Assembly: GCA_023663825.1 (NCBI GenBank)
Contig: JAMPGQ010000002.1
Span: 2,762 to 66,761, forward strand
From: Anaeroplasma bactoclasticum
GTDB lineage: Bacteria; Bacillota_I; Bacilli_A; Acholeplasmatales; Anaeroplasmataceae
DNA length: 64,000 bases
Direction: 5' to 3'
Shown here: positions 35,747 through 47,162 of the stretch, piece after piece
Layout of the letters: each line of letters begins with the position of its first letter
Numbering within the stretch: the first letter of the stretch is position 1
Program-made: the position numbers and the translations under genes
The notes under the pieces: model-generated
The model's database searches: none
Seen by the model: the letters and a program-made list of their open reading frames with translations, nothing else
What the model was told of the DNA's origin: nothing

Positions 35747-37245
35747 AAGCTGCATTATATACACGTGTTTCTACAGATGAACAAGTTGAAAAAGGTTTCT
35801 CCTTAGAAGCTCAAAAAAGGCGTTTGATGGAATATTGCATAAAGAACAACTATGAGATTTATAGGCTTTATAGAGATGAAGGAATATCTGGTCATTCTAT
35901 TTCAAAGAGAAAGTCACTCCAGGAAATGTTGCAGGATGCAAGAGAAAAAAAGTTTGATTGTGTAGTCGTATATAAGACTGATCGTTTATCCAGGAATCTT
36001 TTAGACCTTCTGACAATAAAAAAAGAACTCGATGCTGCAGATATCGAGTTGATAATGTCTGATGAATCCGTTGACACTTCTGATGATACAGGAATGGCCA
36101 TGTTTTCTATTATGGGCGCCTTTGCAGAGCTAGAACGTAAAAAGATAAGCGAACGTCTAATGTCCGGAAAAAGACAAAAGATGAGAACAACAGGAATCAA
36201 GCCAAAACACGGGGTAATTCCTTATGCGTATATTTATGATGACATCAACAAGCAATACATAGTAGATGAAAGATATCGCCAGGATATAATTAGGATGTAT
36301 GAGATGTATGATGCTGGATCTTCTTATAATGAGATAGCACAATATATGGTAAATAACAATTTGAATTTTGGTCGAAGTAGAAATAGATGGCACGCTTCAG
36401 ACATACCACGAGTCTTAAAAAATCCAACGTATAAAGGATGGACTGGTATTTCCTACTATAATCATGTACATACCTCACTCAAATATGTAAATGATACAAT
36501 TCTCGTCAAGGCTACCAACGTGGAGCCAATTGTATCTGAAGAACTATGGGATCGTGTAAACAGTAGGGCTAATATTAAAAGTACTTACTTTGTCCGAAAG
36601 TACCCAAGTGATGTATTTATTTTTGCTGGATTACTATACTGTAGCAGTTGTGGATATCGTCTATCTACCAATCAGTCTACAGAGCGAGTTACAAAAAATG
36701 GAAAAGTTCGCTACTTCTATTATGAATGCAATTCTAAATTTAAGATATATACTAGTGAGGAAAAATGCCCTGGATTCAATATTAATAAAGATTCTTTTGA
36801 AGCTATGTTTAAAAAATTTATTAGTGGAATTTCCTCTAATAAAAAGTTTTCAAAAAAGTATAGTTCGGATGAGGCAACTGAACTAGTTAAGAAAAGGGAC
36901 AGTATCAACTATCAAATCACTACCAAGAACCGACAACGAGAAATACTATTAGAGAAACTCTCATGTCAAACTATCACAGATGATGATTTCAAATTAATGT
37001 CTAATAAACTAGTAATGGATATACAAATGCTTGCTAAAGAATTAGAAACAATCGAGAAGAGCATTTCTACAATATCAGATAAGATTGAATATGAGAATGC
37101 TATTTTAGACCATATTAATACTCTTACCTCTTTAATCAAGACATGGGACATAATTCCTAATGAGGAAAAGAAATTAATATTACATAAGTGCATCAAAAGG
37201 ATTTATGTAAATAGATCTGGAATCACCAAAATAGAATTCATCTAA
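35743..37245 (+). CDS. large serine recombinase (phage integrase)
   Basis: N-terminal resolvase domain LYTRVSTDEQ with the catalytic Ser, and VVYKTDRLSRN. Recombinase and zinc-ribbon regions (CSSCGYRL...YYECNS). C-terminal coiled coil. 500 aa. Confidence 0.85.
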   Translation: MKAALYTRVSTDEQVEKGFSLEAQKRRLMEYCIKNNYEIYRLYRDEGISGHSISKRKSLQEMLQDAREKKFDCVVVYKTDRLSRNLLDLLTIKKELDAADIELIMSDESVDTSDDTGMAMFSIMGAFAELERKKISERLMSGKRQKMRTTGIKPKHGVIPYAYIYDDINKQYIVDERYRQDIIRMYEMYDAGSSYNEIAQYMVNNNLNFGRSRNRWHASDIPRVLKNPTYKGWTGISYYNHVHTSLKYVNDTILVKATNVEPIVSEELWDRVNSRANIKSTYFVRKYPSDVFIFAGLLYCSSCGYRLSTNQSTERVTKNGKVRYFYYECNSKFKIYTSEEKCPGFNINKDSFEAMFKKFISGISSNKKFSKKYSSDEATELVKKRDSINYQITTKNRQREILLEKLSCQTITDDDFKLMSNKLVMDIQMLAKELETIEKSISTISDKIEYENAILDHINTLTSLIKTWDIIPNEEKKLILHKCIKRIYVNRSGITKIEFI

Positions 37246-37640
37246 CTTTACCTATTTACATTTGAGCAAAAATCGCATATAATATAGGCGTAAGAAACAA
37301 AATAAAAAAGGACTAGCCAGATGGCTACCCTTGAATAGTTGTTTAAACAACCACTAAGTCTGCCAAAACTAGAAGTGGTTGTTTTTTCTTTGTAGCAAAA
37401 CTACTACTAATCGAACCACAGAGGCCACGAGGCCTATTATAGCAGCGACTAGAGATATTATAACTAACACCAAAGTCTTTCCCTTTCTTAAGATTCAACA
37501 ATATCATGTATCATTCCTCCTTAAGATTTGAGGGCAACCACCTTATATTTGACTAATCCTTCTGCAGGCTTATTTTGGCCTGCATTTATATATTAGCACC
37601 AAAAATCGACAATGTAAAACATTATTTTTAATTTGGTTTT

Positions 37641-37766
37641 CTAGGTTCTTCCTACAAGAATAACTAAAATAAATAGTACTAAAATAAATGCAAATCCGCC
37701 ACCACAAGGTGTATTACAATTATTTGTTGATGTCGTATTTGTATTATTACAACAAGTGTTTGCCAT
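37641..37766 (-). CDS. YjcZ-family small sporulation-associated protein (41 aa)
   Basis: MANTCCNNT...CGGGFAFILVLFILVILVG matches the GGGFALIVVLFILLIIVG signature of YjcZ-like peptides. RBS AGGGGTG. Confidence 0.4.
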   Translation of the reverse strand: MANTCCNNTNTTSTNNCNTPCGGGFAFILVLFILVILVGRT

Positions 37767-37859
37767 GATATCACCCCTAATATAATATATGAAAAATCTA
37801 TGTGAGGTTGCTTAGACAGCGAAAGAAAAAAGCCATTTTTAAAGGCTTTTTCCAATTTA

Positions 37860-38936
37860 TTACAATGTGATATTAAATATCATCGTTTGATTAACTGATG
37901 GACGATAAATTTCTAATTTCAAAATATCTCCTGTTAATAAAAGGTTTAAAATAGCTGACAAATCGCTAGTATTACAAATCTCAACATCATTTGCTTTGAA
38001 AATAATATCATCTGCCAAAATACCAGCTTTTTTAGCAACGCCTTCGTTGACTTCTGTAACAATTAAAGCCTCATCTAAAGTATTTGGCAATAGTTTTAAA
38101 TATTTTTCTACATCTGTTGGTGATATGTAGCGATTAACTGCAAGTACAGTTAGTCCTAGAAGAGGACGACTAATTTCGCCCTTTTTATCTTCTATATCTA
38201 AAATACATTTTTTTACCACATCTAAGCTTATAGCATAGCCTAACCCCTCAACAGGAATATCTACTGTCATTCCATTTTCCTCGCTAGTTGTATAAACTTC
38301 CTTTTGAGTATTTATTCCAATCAATCTTCCAGAAACATTGAATAACCCACCACCTGAGTTTCCTGGGTTAATTTCTGCATTTGTTTGAATTTGTGTCTTA
38401 GTTACTCTAGAAACTACACCTGTTGTTAAGGTGTTAAAATTTTCTAATCCTAATGGACATCCAATAGCCAATACAGTTTGTCCTATAGAAACAATTTCCT
38501 CATCATAATTGAATATGTCATGTATATATACTTCACTTCCACCAAATAAATCAAGTGAAAAAGTTAATACTGCAATATCATTTTTTGCATCGCTTCCTAC
38601 TACCTGAGCTTTAATATATCGCGATCCTCCACGATATATTCTAATCGTAGTCATATCTTCTATAACATGATGATTTGTAACTACATAATATAGACCATTT
38701 ACTTTCTTATAAACTACTCCAGACCCAACAGAACCCTTATTTCCGGATGTGGCATAGACTCCAACACATCCTGGTGATATTGTTTTGTATATTTCCGAAA
38801 TATCATTTTGAATTTCAACTATTTCTTGTTCTATTTTAGTAGGAGTTTTTTGATTTTCGCCAAAACTACAACTTGCCACTAAACATAAACAAAAGATACA
38901 TAAACTCAAGCCTATCCAATTTCTTAATTTCTTCAT
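37860..38936 (-). CDS. htrA: HtrA/DegP-family serine protease (trypsin-like plus PDZ), lipoprotein-type signal
   Basis: GNSGGGLF catalytic Ser motif, HH..D earlier in the sequence, C-terminal PDZ-like region. Signal peptide with lipobox LVASC. Confidence 0.7.
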   Translation of the reverse strand: MKKLRNWIGLSLCIFCLCLVASCSFGENQKTPTKIEQEIVEIQNDISEIYKTISPGCVGVYATSGNKGSVGSGVVYKKVNGLYYVVTNHHVIEDMTTIRIYRGGSRYIKAQVVGSDAKNDIAVLTFSLDLFGGSEVYIHDIFNYDEEIVSIGQTVLAIGCPLGLENFNTLTTGVVSRVTKTQIQTNAEINPGNSGGGLFNVSGRLIGINTQKEVYTTSEENGMTVDIPVEGLGYAISLDVVKKCILDIEDKKGEISRPLLGLTVLAVNRYISPTDVEKYLKLLPNTLDEALIVTEVNEGVAKKAGILADDIIFKANDVEICNTSDLSAILNLLLTGDILKLEIYRPSVNQTMIFNITL

Positions 38937-38937
38937 A

Positions 38938-39702
38938 CTAATCCTCCAAACCAAAAAGTTCTATCGCATTTTTTTCTGTTATTTTCTCTACTTGATCAAA
39001 CGTCATGTCTCGAAGAAAGGCAATCTCTGATACAACATTTTTAACATAACTAGATTCATTCCTTTGCCCACGATAGGGTGTAGGTGCCAAATAAGGACAA
39101 TCTGTTTCAACCAGCAGCCAATTCAAATCTATTCCTTCTGCAATTTTTTTGCTTTCCTTAGCATTTTTAAATGTTACAGGCCCTCCTAAAGAAATATAAA
39201 AGCCTAATTTAATAAATTCCTTAGCCATTTCTAAAGATCCACTATAACAATGCATAACGCCAAAAACTTTACCAGTATATTCCTTTAAAATATCAAAGGT
39301 ATCCTGAGTTGCATCTCGCATATGTATGATTAATGGTAAATGTTTTTTTATAGATAATTCAATTTGACCACGAAATAGCTGCTTCTGTTCTTCTATATTC
39401 TCCCTACCATAATGATAATCTAATCCACATTCTCCAATCGCATAAACCTTATGCTCTTTTAAAAAAACTTCCAGCTTGTCTAAATCTTTTTTATAATTTG
39501 GGTTTGCCTCACTTGGGTGTAAACCAGCAGTCGGATAAAACAATTTATATTTCTTAGCATATTCTTGAACTAATTCATTTGTTTGATGAGAAAATCCTAC
39601 AAGTATGATTTTATTCACATTTGCAAGTATACATCTTTGAATACATTCCTCTATATCTTCTTTAAAACTATCATCAAATAAATGAGAATGTGTATCTATC
39701 AT
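38938..39702 (-). CDS. tatD: TatD-family metal-dependent DNase/hydrolase
   Basis: MIDTHSHL, GECGLDYH and VETDCPYL, which are the canonical TatD motifs. Confidence 0.8.
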   Translation of the reverse strand: MIDTHSHLFDDSFKEDIEECIQRCILANVNKIILVGFSHQTNELVQEYAKKYKLFYPTAGLHPSEANPNYKKDLDKLEVFLKEHKVYAIGECGLDYHYGRENIEEQKQLFRGQIELSIKKHLPLIIHMRDATQDTFDILKEYTGKVFGVMHCYSGSLEMAKEFIKLGFYISLGGPVTFKNAKESKKIAEGIDLNWLLVETDCPYLAPTPYRGQRNESSYVKNVVSEIAFLRDMTFDQVEKITEKNAIELFGLED

Positions 39703-40229
39703 ACTTCTACCTTTTTCTTTCTAATTTTTTTTATATTTAAAAAGATGCATATTAAAAATAATGCTGTCAATAATCCAATAGAATCTATCAACACATCTTT
39801 TATAGTTGGCGCTCGACCACCTATAAAAGATTGATGAAATTCATCACTTATAGCATATAAAATACCCAGTATACTCACCACAGATAAAATAATTTTTTCA
39901 TTGTCTGTGAATACATACACAGCTAAAAACAAAAACAATCCCAAAATCGCATACTCAGAATAATGACCTATTTTCCGAATAACATAACTCGTATCTTTTA
40001 ATATAGTTGCTTGTTTTACTTCTGTCATACTTGAATAATTCGGTACAAACAAACTTACAACCCACTTTGTGATAGTATTACTCGTTTTTGATGAGGCCAC
40101 ACCATTTTGATGGGAAAAATAAAAGATAACCCCCATCCACGCTAAAGCAACGAGAATATAAATAAATCTTTTACCGTTTTTTTTCATCATAAGCCTCTTT
40201 TCTATTATACCACAAAATGAATCTATCAT
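39699..40229 (-). CDS. VanZ-like membrane protein
   Basis: Multiple TM helices and ISDEFHQSFIGGRAPTIKDVLIDSIG, a VanZ-family motif. Confidence 0.5.
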   Translation of the reverse strand: MIDSFCGIIEKRLMMKKNGKRFIYILVALAWMGVIFYFSHQNGVASSKTSNTITKWVVSLFVPNYSSMTEVKQATILKDTSYVIRKIGHYSEYAILGLFLFLAVYVFTDNEKIILSVVSILGILYAISDEFHQSFIGGRAPTIKDVLIDSIGLLTALFLICIFLNIKKIRKKKVEV

Positions 40230-40256
40230 ATTATATTATTTTCTATTTTCAAGGTG

Positions 40257-41894
40257 TTATTCAATCATTTGAATAGAAAGTTGATAAAGTCCAGGCTCTT
40301 CAAGAATAAATTGATAAATTTCTATTGAATAAGTAGATTCTTCAAAACCATGATAGCTAGTATTAATATCTGTGCCATATAAATTGCTTTTAGGATAGAA
40401 CACATCACCATTTTCATCTGTAAATTCAAATCGATAGTAACCTGTTTTAGGAAGCTTGTAGGTGAAGGTACCCGTAAAGCCCTGTCCTCCTATTACATAA
40501 TATTGAGAGGTCTTAGCACTTATGTCAATTTTACCATAATCTATTGGTACGAAAACATCTATATCAAGCACCATAGCGTTATCTTCAACATTAATAAAAA
40601 TAAGTTTATCTTTACCAATAAAGCTAGATATTGCCTTATTGGCAGGAAGCACACTACTAATACTTGCCCCACCAAACCAAATGTCGCGTGAAGTATTGTT
40701 TCTCATTGTTATAAATTCTTCAAAGCCATCTGGTAATTCATAAATTATGTAGTCATACTTCCCTTTAAATTCGTAGTTTACTTTATTTGGCAAGTCTATA
40801 TCATTCTTAACTATGTTACTTTGCTTATGAAACGTTAAACTATATCCTTCATTTAAGGAATTCCTAACCTCCATAAACAAAATACAAGCTTCTTCAATTA
40901 GTAAAAACTCTGTTTGACCATAGTTGATTGAATTCGTATGAAGAGTTTCTCCATCCTCTTCATAAAACCATAAATTTGCCATTTTAGGATTATCTACTAC
41001 ATAAACCCCTCTCGTAAGCTTTATTTTATAAACATCATTCTGTGCCATAGTATGACTTACAATAGGATTTTCAATAGAGGTAAATTGGATTTGTTCCCCT
41101 AAAGGAAAAGAAAGATTATGATATAAACTCAAATCAAGCTTATCAAATTGGATATCAAGCTTTACTGAATATTCTAATAATATCGTATATTTTTTCTCTT
41201 TTTGATTTTCTTGTTGACAAAATGGAATTTCTATCATTGCTTCTAGCTGATTAGAAGAAATAGAAAAACTATATTTTGTTTTAGCATTTAAATCCAAATC
41301 ATTGAATGAAAGTCCGAATGTTTTAAAATCAATAAGATCCATAATTTCATCACGGAGAATGTCTTTTGTATAAACTTCTATTTTATAGCTTGTATCTAAA
41401 GATATTTTAGAGCACTTAGAATCTGGATATAAATCAAAAATGTCATCTTCCTCAAAGCCATTATCTTCTAAAAGATCTTCAATATCGTCTTTATCTACTA
41501 CATTTTTTATATATCCATTTTGATTATTATCAAAAACATATCCTTGTATAGAAGAATCGATTTCTTCAAACATTAATACAGGCTGATGATTTGCCTCTAA
41601 AGAAATGTATAGTGGTTTTTTGCAAGAAGTTATTTTTGAATTGGAAGATATAGATGAATCTTTACCTAAAATAGAAATATTTAAATCTATTAGAAAAGAA
41701 TTTGAACCCTCTAATTGATTTTCAAGTTGATTCATCTCATTTTCAAACTTTGTAAAAAGCTTTCTATTCTCTTTTTGTTCCTCTTCTGTGAATTGAAATT
41801 GGTTTTCCTTTAAATCTTTATTTGGATCCTCCACACAAGAGCACAAACCTAATACTATCAAGCATAATGACACAAAAACAAACCATTTTCTCAT
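40257..41894 (-). CDS. lipoprotein of unknown function (545 aa)
   Basis: Signal peptide MRKWFVFVSLCLIVLGLCSC with a lipobox. Confidence 0.4.
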   Translation of the reverse strand: MRKWFVFVSLCLIVLGLCSCVEDPNKDLKENQFQFTEEEQKENRKLFTKFENEMNQLENQLEGSNSFLIDLNISILGKDSSISSNSKITSCKKPLYISLEANHQPVLMFEEIDSSIQGYVFDNNQNGYIKNVVDKDDIEDLLEDNGFEEDDIFDLYPDSKCSKISLDTSYKIEVYTKDILRDEIMDLIDFKTFGLSFNDLDLNAKTKYSFSISSNQLEAMIEIPFCQQENQKEKKYTILLEYSVKLDIQFDKLDLSLYHNLSFPLGEQIQFTSIENPIVSHTMAQNDVYKIKLTRGVYVVDNPKMANLWFYEEDGETLHTNSINYGQTEFLLIEEACILFMEVRNSLNEGYSLTFHKQSNIVKNDIDLPNKVNYEFKGKYDYIIYELPDGFEEFITMRNNTSRDIWFGGASISSVLPANKAISSFIGKDKLIFINVEDNAMVLDIDVFVPIDYGKIDISAKTSQYYVIGGQGFTGTFTYKLPKTGYYRFEFTDENGDVFYPKSNLYGTDINTSYHGFEESTYSIEIYQFILEEPGLYQLSIQMIE

Positions 41895-42026
41895 AGAATA
41901 CCTCCACTATTTTTGTAATCTAATTATACTCCAAAGAAATAAAAAGGGCAATGCTTTTTAGGTTTTACCCATTTATGAGTATGAACCCTTTTTACATTAC
42001 CCCTACTTTAAATTTGTGTTTATTGA

Positions 42027-43211
42027 CTATTCAATAATTTCAACTACTGAACCAGCACCAACAGTATGTCCACCTTCACGGATAGAGAACTTAGTACCTT
42101 GTTCCATAGCAATTGGATGAATTAATTCAACAGTCATAGTTGTGTTATCGCCAGGCATAACCATTTCAGTACCAGCAGCTAAAGTAATGATACCAGTAAC
42201 GTCTGTAGTACGGAAATAGAATTGAGGACGATAGTTAGAGAAGAATGGTGTATGACGACCACCCTCGTCCTTTGATAATACGTAAACTTGAGCAGTAAAC
42301 TTCTTATGAGGAGTAACTGACTTTGGTTTAGCTAATACTTGACCACGTTGAACCTGATCACGGTTAATACCACGAAGTAATACACCAATGTTATCTCCAG
42401 CCTCAGCATAGTCTAATAACTTACGGAACATTTCAACACCAGTAACAACTGAAGTTTGAGTTTCCTTAATACCGATGATTTCTACTGAATCACCAACTTT
42501 AACTTGTCCACGTTCAACACGTCCAGTAACAACTGTACCACGACCAGTAATTGTGAATACATCCTCAATAGGCATTAAGAATGGCTTATCTGTATCACGA
42601 ACTGGAGTTGGAATATAGTCATCAACAATATCCATTAATTCTTCTACTTTAGCAACCCAGTTTGCATCACCTTCTAAAGCCTTTAATGCAGAACCACGAA
42701 CAATAGGAATATCATCTCCTGGGAAATCATATTCACTTAATAATTCACGTGTTTCCATTTCAACTAAGTCGATTAATTCTTCATCATCAACCATATCACA
42801 CTTATTTAAGAATACAACCAATCTAGGTACACCTACCTGACGAGCAAGTAAGATGTGCTCACGAGTTTGAGCCATAGGTCCGTCAGTTGCAGCGATAACT
42901 AAGATACCACCATCCATCTGAGCAGCACCAGTAATCATGTTCTTTACATAGTCGGCATGTCCTGGACAGTCAACGTGTGCATAGTGACGATTAGCAGTTT
43001 CATATTCTACGTGTGCAGTATTAATTGTAATACCACGCTCTTTCTCTTCTGGAGCAGCATCGATTTGGTCATATGCTTGTGCCTTTGCTAAACCCTTCTT
43101 TGCAAGAATAGTAGTAATAGCAGCAGTTAAAGTAGTTTTACCATGATCTACGTGTCCAATTGTACCAATATTAACATGTGGTTTGGTACGTACAAATTTT
43201 TCCTTTGCCAT
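42027..43211 (-). CDS. tuf: translation elongation factor Tu
   Basis: [20 protein letters not shown]. Confidence 0.97.
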   Translation of the reverse strand: MAKEKFVRTKPHVNIGTIGHVDHGKTTLTAAITTILAKKGLAKAQAYDQIDAAPEEKERGITINTAHVEYETANRHYAHVDCPGHADYVKNMITGAAQMDGGILVIAATDGPMAQTREHILLARQVGVPRLVVFLNKCDMVDDEELIDLVEMETRELLSEYDFPGDDIPIVRGSALKALEGDANWVAKVEELMDIVDDYIPTPVRDTDKPFLMPIEDVFTITGRGTVVTGRVERGQVKVGDSVEIIGIKETQTSVVTGVEMFRKLLDYAEAGDNIGVLLRGINRDQVQRGQVLAKPKSVTPHKKFTAQVYVLSKDEGGRHTPFFSNYRPQFYFRTTDVTGIITLAAGTEMVMPGDNTTMTVELIHPIAMEQGTKFSIREGGHTVGAGSVVEIIE

Positions 43212-43311
43212 TTTAAATGGTCCTCCTAATTTTTATTTTTTAAATTTTTCTTATTTTACCAATATATATTTTACCCTAATTGGCAAGGGTTTGCAAGTAG
43301 AATGTTAAAAA

Positions 43312-45378
43312 TTACGCTCTACTTTTAATAATCTCTTCTTGAATACTTCTTGGAACAGCTTCATAATGATGTGTTTGCATAATGAAGTTACCACGTCCTT
43401 GAGAGTTAGAACGAAGAGCTGTTGCATAACCAAACATTTCAGCAAGTGGAACGTAAGCACGAATCTTCATACCATTTCCACGTTTTTCTTGAGAATCTAA
43501 GCGTCCACGACGGCTTGTTAAATCTCCAATTACGTTTCCTACATATTCTTCTGGAACAGTAACATCTACTTCCATGATTGGTTCAAGTAATACAGGTTTA
43601 CATTTATCTTTTGTAACCTTTAATGCCATTGATGCAGCAATCTTAAATGCCATTTCTGATGAGTCTACTTCATGGTATGATCCATCAAATAGAGTTGCTT
43701 TAACATCAATCATAGGATATCCAGCTAAAACACCATTTGGAAGTGCTTCCTGTAATCCTTTATCAACAACAGGGATATATTCTCTTGGAACAGTACCGCC
43801 GACAACCTTATCAACAAATTCATATCCCTTATCAGGATTTGGTTCAAATTTAATCCAAACATGACCATATTGTCCACGTCCACCAGACTGACGAATAAAT
43901 TTACCTTCACAATCAGCTGCTAAAGTGATAGTTTCACGATAAGAAACCTGTGGAGCACCAACGTTTGCAACAACGTTAAATTCTCTTTTCATACGGTCAA
44001 CGATAATATCTAGGTGAAGCTCGCCCATACCTGCAATGATAGTTTGTCCTGTTTCAGAATCTGTATAAGTTCTGAAGGTTGGATCTTCTTCTGCAAGTTT
44101 AGCTAAAGCATTTGACATTTTTTCTTGGTCAGCTTTAGTTTTAGGCTCAACAGCTACGTTAATAACTGGTTCAGGGAATACCATCTTCTCTAGAATAACT
44201 TCATATTTTTCATCTGTCAAAGTATCACCGGTAGTAGTATTCTTGAAACCTACTGCAGCAGCAATATCTCCTGAATAAACTTCTTTGATTTCCTCACGAT
44301 GGTTAGCATGCATTTGAACGATACGACCTAAACGTTCCTTAGTATCCTTAGTTGTATTTCTAATGTATGAACCAGAAGAAATATGACCTTGGTACACACG
44401 GAAGTAAGTTAGTCTACCAACAAATGGGTCAGCAACAACCTTAAATGCCAATGCAGCAAATGGAGCATCATCAGTTGGATGAATATCTACTTCTGCACCT
44501 GTATGATCAATACCCTTAGTTGCAGCAATATCTGTTGGAGCAGGTAAATAATCAATAACACCATCTAGCATTTTCTTAACACCCATATTCTTGAATGCAG
44601 ATCCACAGAACACTGGGAAGAATTGTACAGCTAGAGTAGACTTACGAATTACAGACTTTAATAAATCTGTAGGGATTTCTTCTCCTTCAAGATAAAGCAT
44701 AGCTAAGTCATCATCAAATTGAGATAAAGTATCAATTAATAACTCTCTCTTCTCGTTTGCTAAATCAAGCATATCAGCTGGAATTTCAGCTTCTTTATAG
44801 TTTTCTTCTTGAGCTCCATCATATAGATAAGCCTTCATTTCAACTAAGTCAATTTGACCTTTAAATTGATCTTCAGCACCGATTGGCCACTGTACTGCAG
44901 CAGCAACAGCGCCCAAACGATCATGAATTGTATTTACAGAATATTCAAAGTCAGCACCAATCTTATCCATCTTATTAACGAATACGATACGTGGAACATT
45001 GTAATCTGTAGCCTGACGCCATACAGTTTCAGTCTGTGGTTCTACACCAGCTTGACCATCAAGTACTGTAACGGCACCATCAAGAACACGAAGAGAACGA
45101 GATACCTCAACAGTAAAATCTACGTGTCCTGGAGTATCAATAATGTTTACTCTATAATTTTTCCAAATAGCCGTAGTTGCAGCTGAAGTGATTGTGATAC
45201 CACGCTCTTGTTCTTGAGCCATCCAGTCCATTGTTGATGCGCCATCATGAGTTTCACCAATCTTATGGATTTTCTTTGTATGGAACAAAATACGTTCCGT
45301 AGTAGTCGTCTTACCAGCATCAATGTGAGCCATGATACCGATATTACGAGTTTTTTCTAATGAAAATTCTCTAGGCAT
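43312..45378 (-). CDS. fusA: translation elongation factor G
   Basis: [21 protein letters not shown]; 688 aa. Confidence 0.97.
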   Translation of the reverse strand: MPREFSLEKTRNIGIMAHIDAGKTTTTERILFHTKKIHKIGETHDGASTMDWMAQEQERGITITSAATTAIWKNYRVNIIDTPGHVDFTVEVSRSLRVLDGAVTVLDGQAGVEPQTETVWRQATDYNVPRIVFVNKMDKIGADFEYSVNTIHDRLGAVAAAVQWPIGAEDQFKGQIDLVEMKAYLYDGAQEENYKEAEIPADMLDLANEKRELLIDTLSQFDDDLAMLYLEGEEIPTDLLKSVIRKSTLAVQFFPVFCGSAFKNMGVKKMLDGVIDYLPAPTDIAATKGIDHTGAEVDIHPTDDAPFAALAFKVVADPFVGRLTYFRVYQGHISSGSYIRNTTKDTKERLGRIVQMHANHREEIKEVYSGDIAAAVGFKNTTTGDTLTDEKYEVILEKMVFPEPVINVAVEPKTKADQEKMSNALAKLAEEDPTFRTYTDSETGQTIIAGMGELHLDIIVDRMKREFNVVANVGAPQVSYRETITLAADCEGKFIRQSGGRGQYGHVWIKFEPNPDKGYEFVDKVVGGTVPREYIPVVDKGLQEALPNGVLAGYPMIDVKATLFDGSYHEVDSSEMAFKIAASMALKVTKDKCKPVLLEPIMEVDVTVPEEYVGNVIGDLTSRRGRLDSQEKRGNGMKIRAYVPLAEMFGYATALRSNSQGRGNFIMQTHHYEAVPRSIQEEIIKSRA

Positions 45379-45402
45379 AAATCAAATCTCTCCTATACTA
45401 AA

Positions 45403-45873
45403 TTACCAACGATAATGTGCAAAGGCTCTGTTTGCTTCAGCCATCTTATGTGTATCTTCACGCTTCTTACAAGCGCCACCTACACCATTAGCGGCATCCA
45501 TAATTTCCTTTGCTAATTTTTCTTCCATAGTTTTATCGTTACGAAGACGAGCATATTTTACCAACCATCTTAAACCTAAAGTTTGTTTTCTTTCAGGTCT
45601 AACTTCTACTGGTACTTGATAATTTTGTCCACCAATACGACGACTCTTAACTTCTAAAACTGGCATAATGTTTTCTAATGCTTTAGTAAATACTTCTAGT
45701 GGATCTTGTCCTGTAGTTTCTTTAACACGGTCTAAAGCACCATATAAAATTGTTTGTGCTGTTCCTTTTTTACCATCTAACATAATTGTATTAATAGTTC
45801 TTGTAACTATTTTAGAATTATATATAGGATCTGGAAGCACATCTCTTTTTGCAATATGTCCCTTACGAGGCAT
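45403..45873 (-). CDS. rpsG: 30S ribosomal protein S7
   Basis: 156 aa with a conserved S7 sequence, in the str operon order. Confidence 0.95.
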   Translation of the reverse strand: MPRKGHIAKRDVLPDPIYNSKIVTRTINTIMLDGKKGTAQTILYGALDRVKETTGQDPLEVFTKALENIMPVLEVKSRRIGGQNYQVPVEVRPERKQTLGLRWLVKYARLRNDKTMEEKLAKEIMDAANGVGGACKKREDTHKMAEANRAFAHYRW

Positions 45874-45902
45874 GAGCGATTCCTCCTTTAAATTTTATTT
45901 TA

Positions 45903-46319
45903 TTATTTTTGTTTTGGGCGCTTTGCACCATATTTAGAACGGCCTTGCATTCTATTTGCAACACCAGTAGTATCTAATGCACCACGAATGATATGATAAC
46001 GTACACCTGGTAAATCCTTAACACGTCCACCACGGATTAATACTGTACTATGCTCCTGTAAGCTATGACCAATACCAGGAATATAAGCTGTAACTTCAAT
46101 TCCGTTAGTTAAACGAACTCTGGCATACTTACGTAAAGCTGAGTTTGGCTTCTTAGGTGTCATAGTAGTAACACGAGTACAAACACCACGCTTTTGAGGT
46201 GATGGAAGCTTTGTATATTTCTTCTCTAAGCTATTAAATCCAATACCTAAGCTTGGAGATTTAGACTTAGAAACCTTATCTGTTCTTCCGTTACGTACTA
46301 ATTGTTCAATAGTTGGCAT
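45903..46319 (-). CDS. rpsL: 30S ribosomal protein S12
   Basis: 138 aa, [10 protein letters not shown] motif. Confidence 0.95.
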   Translation of the reverse strand: MPTIEQLVRNGRTDKVSKSKSPSLGIGFNSLEKKYTKLPSPQKRGVCTRVTTMTPKKPNSALRKYARVRLTNGIEVTAYIPGIGHSLQEHSTVLIRGGRVKDLPGVRYHIIRGALDTTGVANRMQGRSKYGAKRPKQK

Positions 46320-46477
46320 ATTGAAAGCTCCTTTCTATCCTTTACAAGGATATATCTTTTTATACCGAATCTATATCTTTTTTAAGATAAATTTGACACA
46401 GCTCTTTCATTATATCAAAAAATAAAGATAAGTCAATGAAAAATTGCAAGTTTTTTAACTTTTTTGTTTTCAAAAAG

Positions 46478-46589
46478 AAACACACGACTTTGTGTGATTA
46501 AAATATATTGATATTTCAACATTTTTATTTTTATTTATCTTTTTTTAAAACTATGCAAAAGTGATATAAAACACACGACTTTGTGTGAT
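46478..46589. repeat. two identical 21-bp direct repeats AAACACACGACTTTGTGTGAT (46478-46498 and 46569-46589), each with an ACACA/TGTGT palindromic core, upstream of rpsL
   Basis: Seen in sequence. Spacing 91 bp. Confidence 0.5.
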
Positions 46590-46657
46590 ATGAAAATACA
46601 TTTTTTCAATTCCAATATAGCCAAATCAACTATATTTTGGTATAATAAGGAATGTAA

Positions 46658-46732
46658 GCCTGGTTAGTTAAATGGATATAACGTAATCCTCCTAAGATTA
46701 AATTATGAGTTCGAGTCTCGTACCGGGTGCCA
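46658..46732 (+). tRNA. tRNA-Arg (anticodon CCU)
   Basis: Hand-folded cloverleaf. Acceptor GCCTGGT/ACCGGGT (two G-U pairs), D-arm GTTA/TAAC with a GG loop, anticodon arm TAATC-CTCCTAA-GATTA, T-arm ATGAG-TTCGAGT-CTCGT, encoded CCA. Confidence 0.5.
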
Positions 46733-46774
46733 CTTAAGCTTCGTATACGCCCAAAAATAACACCCATAAAAAGA

Positions 46775-46815
46775 GATAAGGATAACTAGGGATTTAAACA
46801 CCTAATTATCCTTTT
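46775..46815 (+). terminator. rho-independent terminator after the tRNA
   Basis: AGGATAACTAGG...CCTAATTATCCT stem followed by TTTTTT. Confidence 0.4.
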
Positions 46816-47162
46816 TTATTAGCCACCTATTAGCCTTAAGGGAAATGAACTCACACTAACTTTTTTAGCTAGTTCTTTAAAGTATGGTAAAAACATAATT
46901 TAAATATTTTTCAAACATTGATATTATTTAATTTGGCTGTCTTTATAATAGAAAATATTTTTGTAGTCATATTAGCCCCTACATAAGAACTAGACCTTTC
47001 TTTGTTCACAAAGAAAGTGGTGAGTAGGAAAATAGAAGGCTTTATAACATTTACATAGGGGTCAAAAGAATTGGTTTTATAAACTTACAAATAAATAGGT
47101 AACATACAATAGAATCTACACTTTTTTATGGTATTTACTTTATACTTATCTATAGTTCTTTT

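Larger units (their letters stand above)
1..37500. mobile_element. Integrated temperate phage (prophage), right ~37 kb. Left end is outside the window; right boundary lies between the integrase stop (37245) and the host YjcZ-like gene (37641)
   Basis: Contiguous phage tail, head, packaging and replication modules followed by a lysogeny module (cro/cI-like switch, serine integrase). Conserved host core genes begin at ~37.6 kb. Confidence 0.8.
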
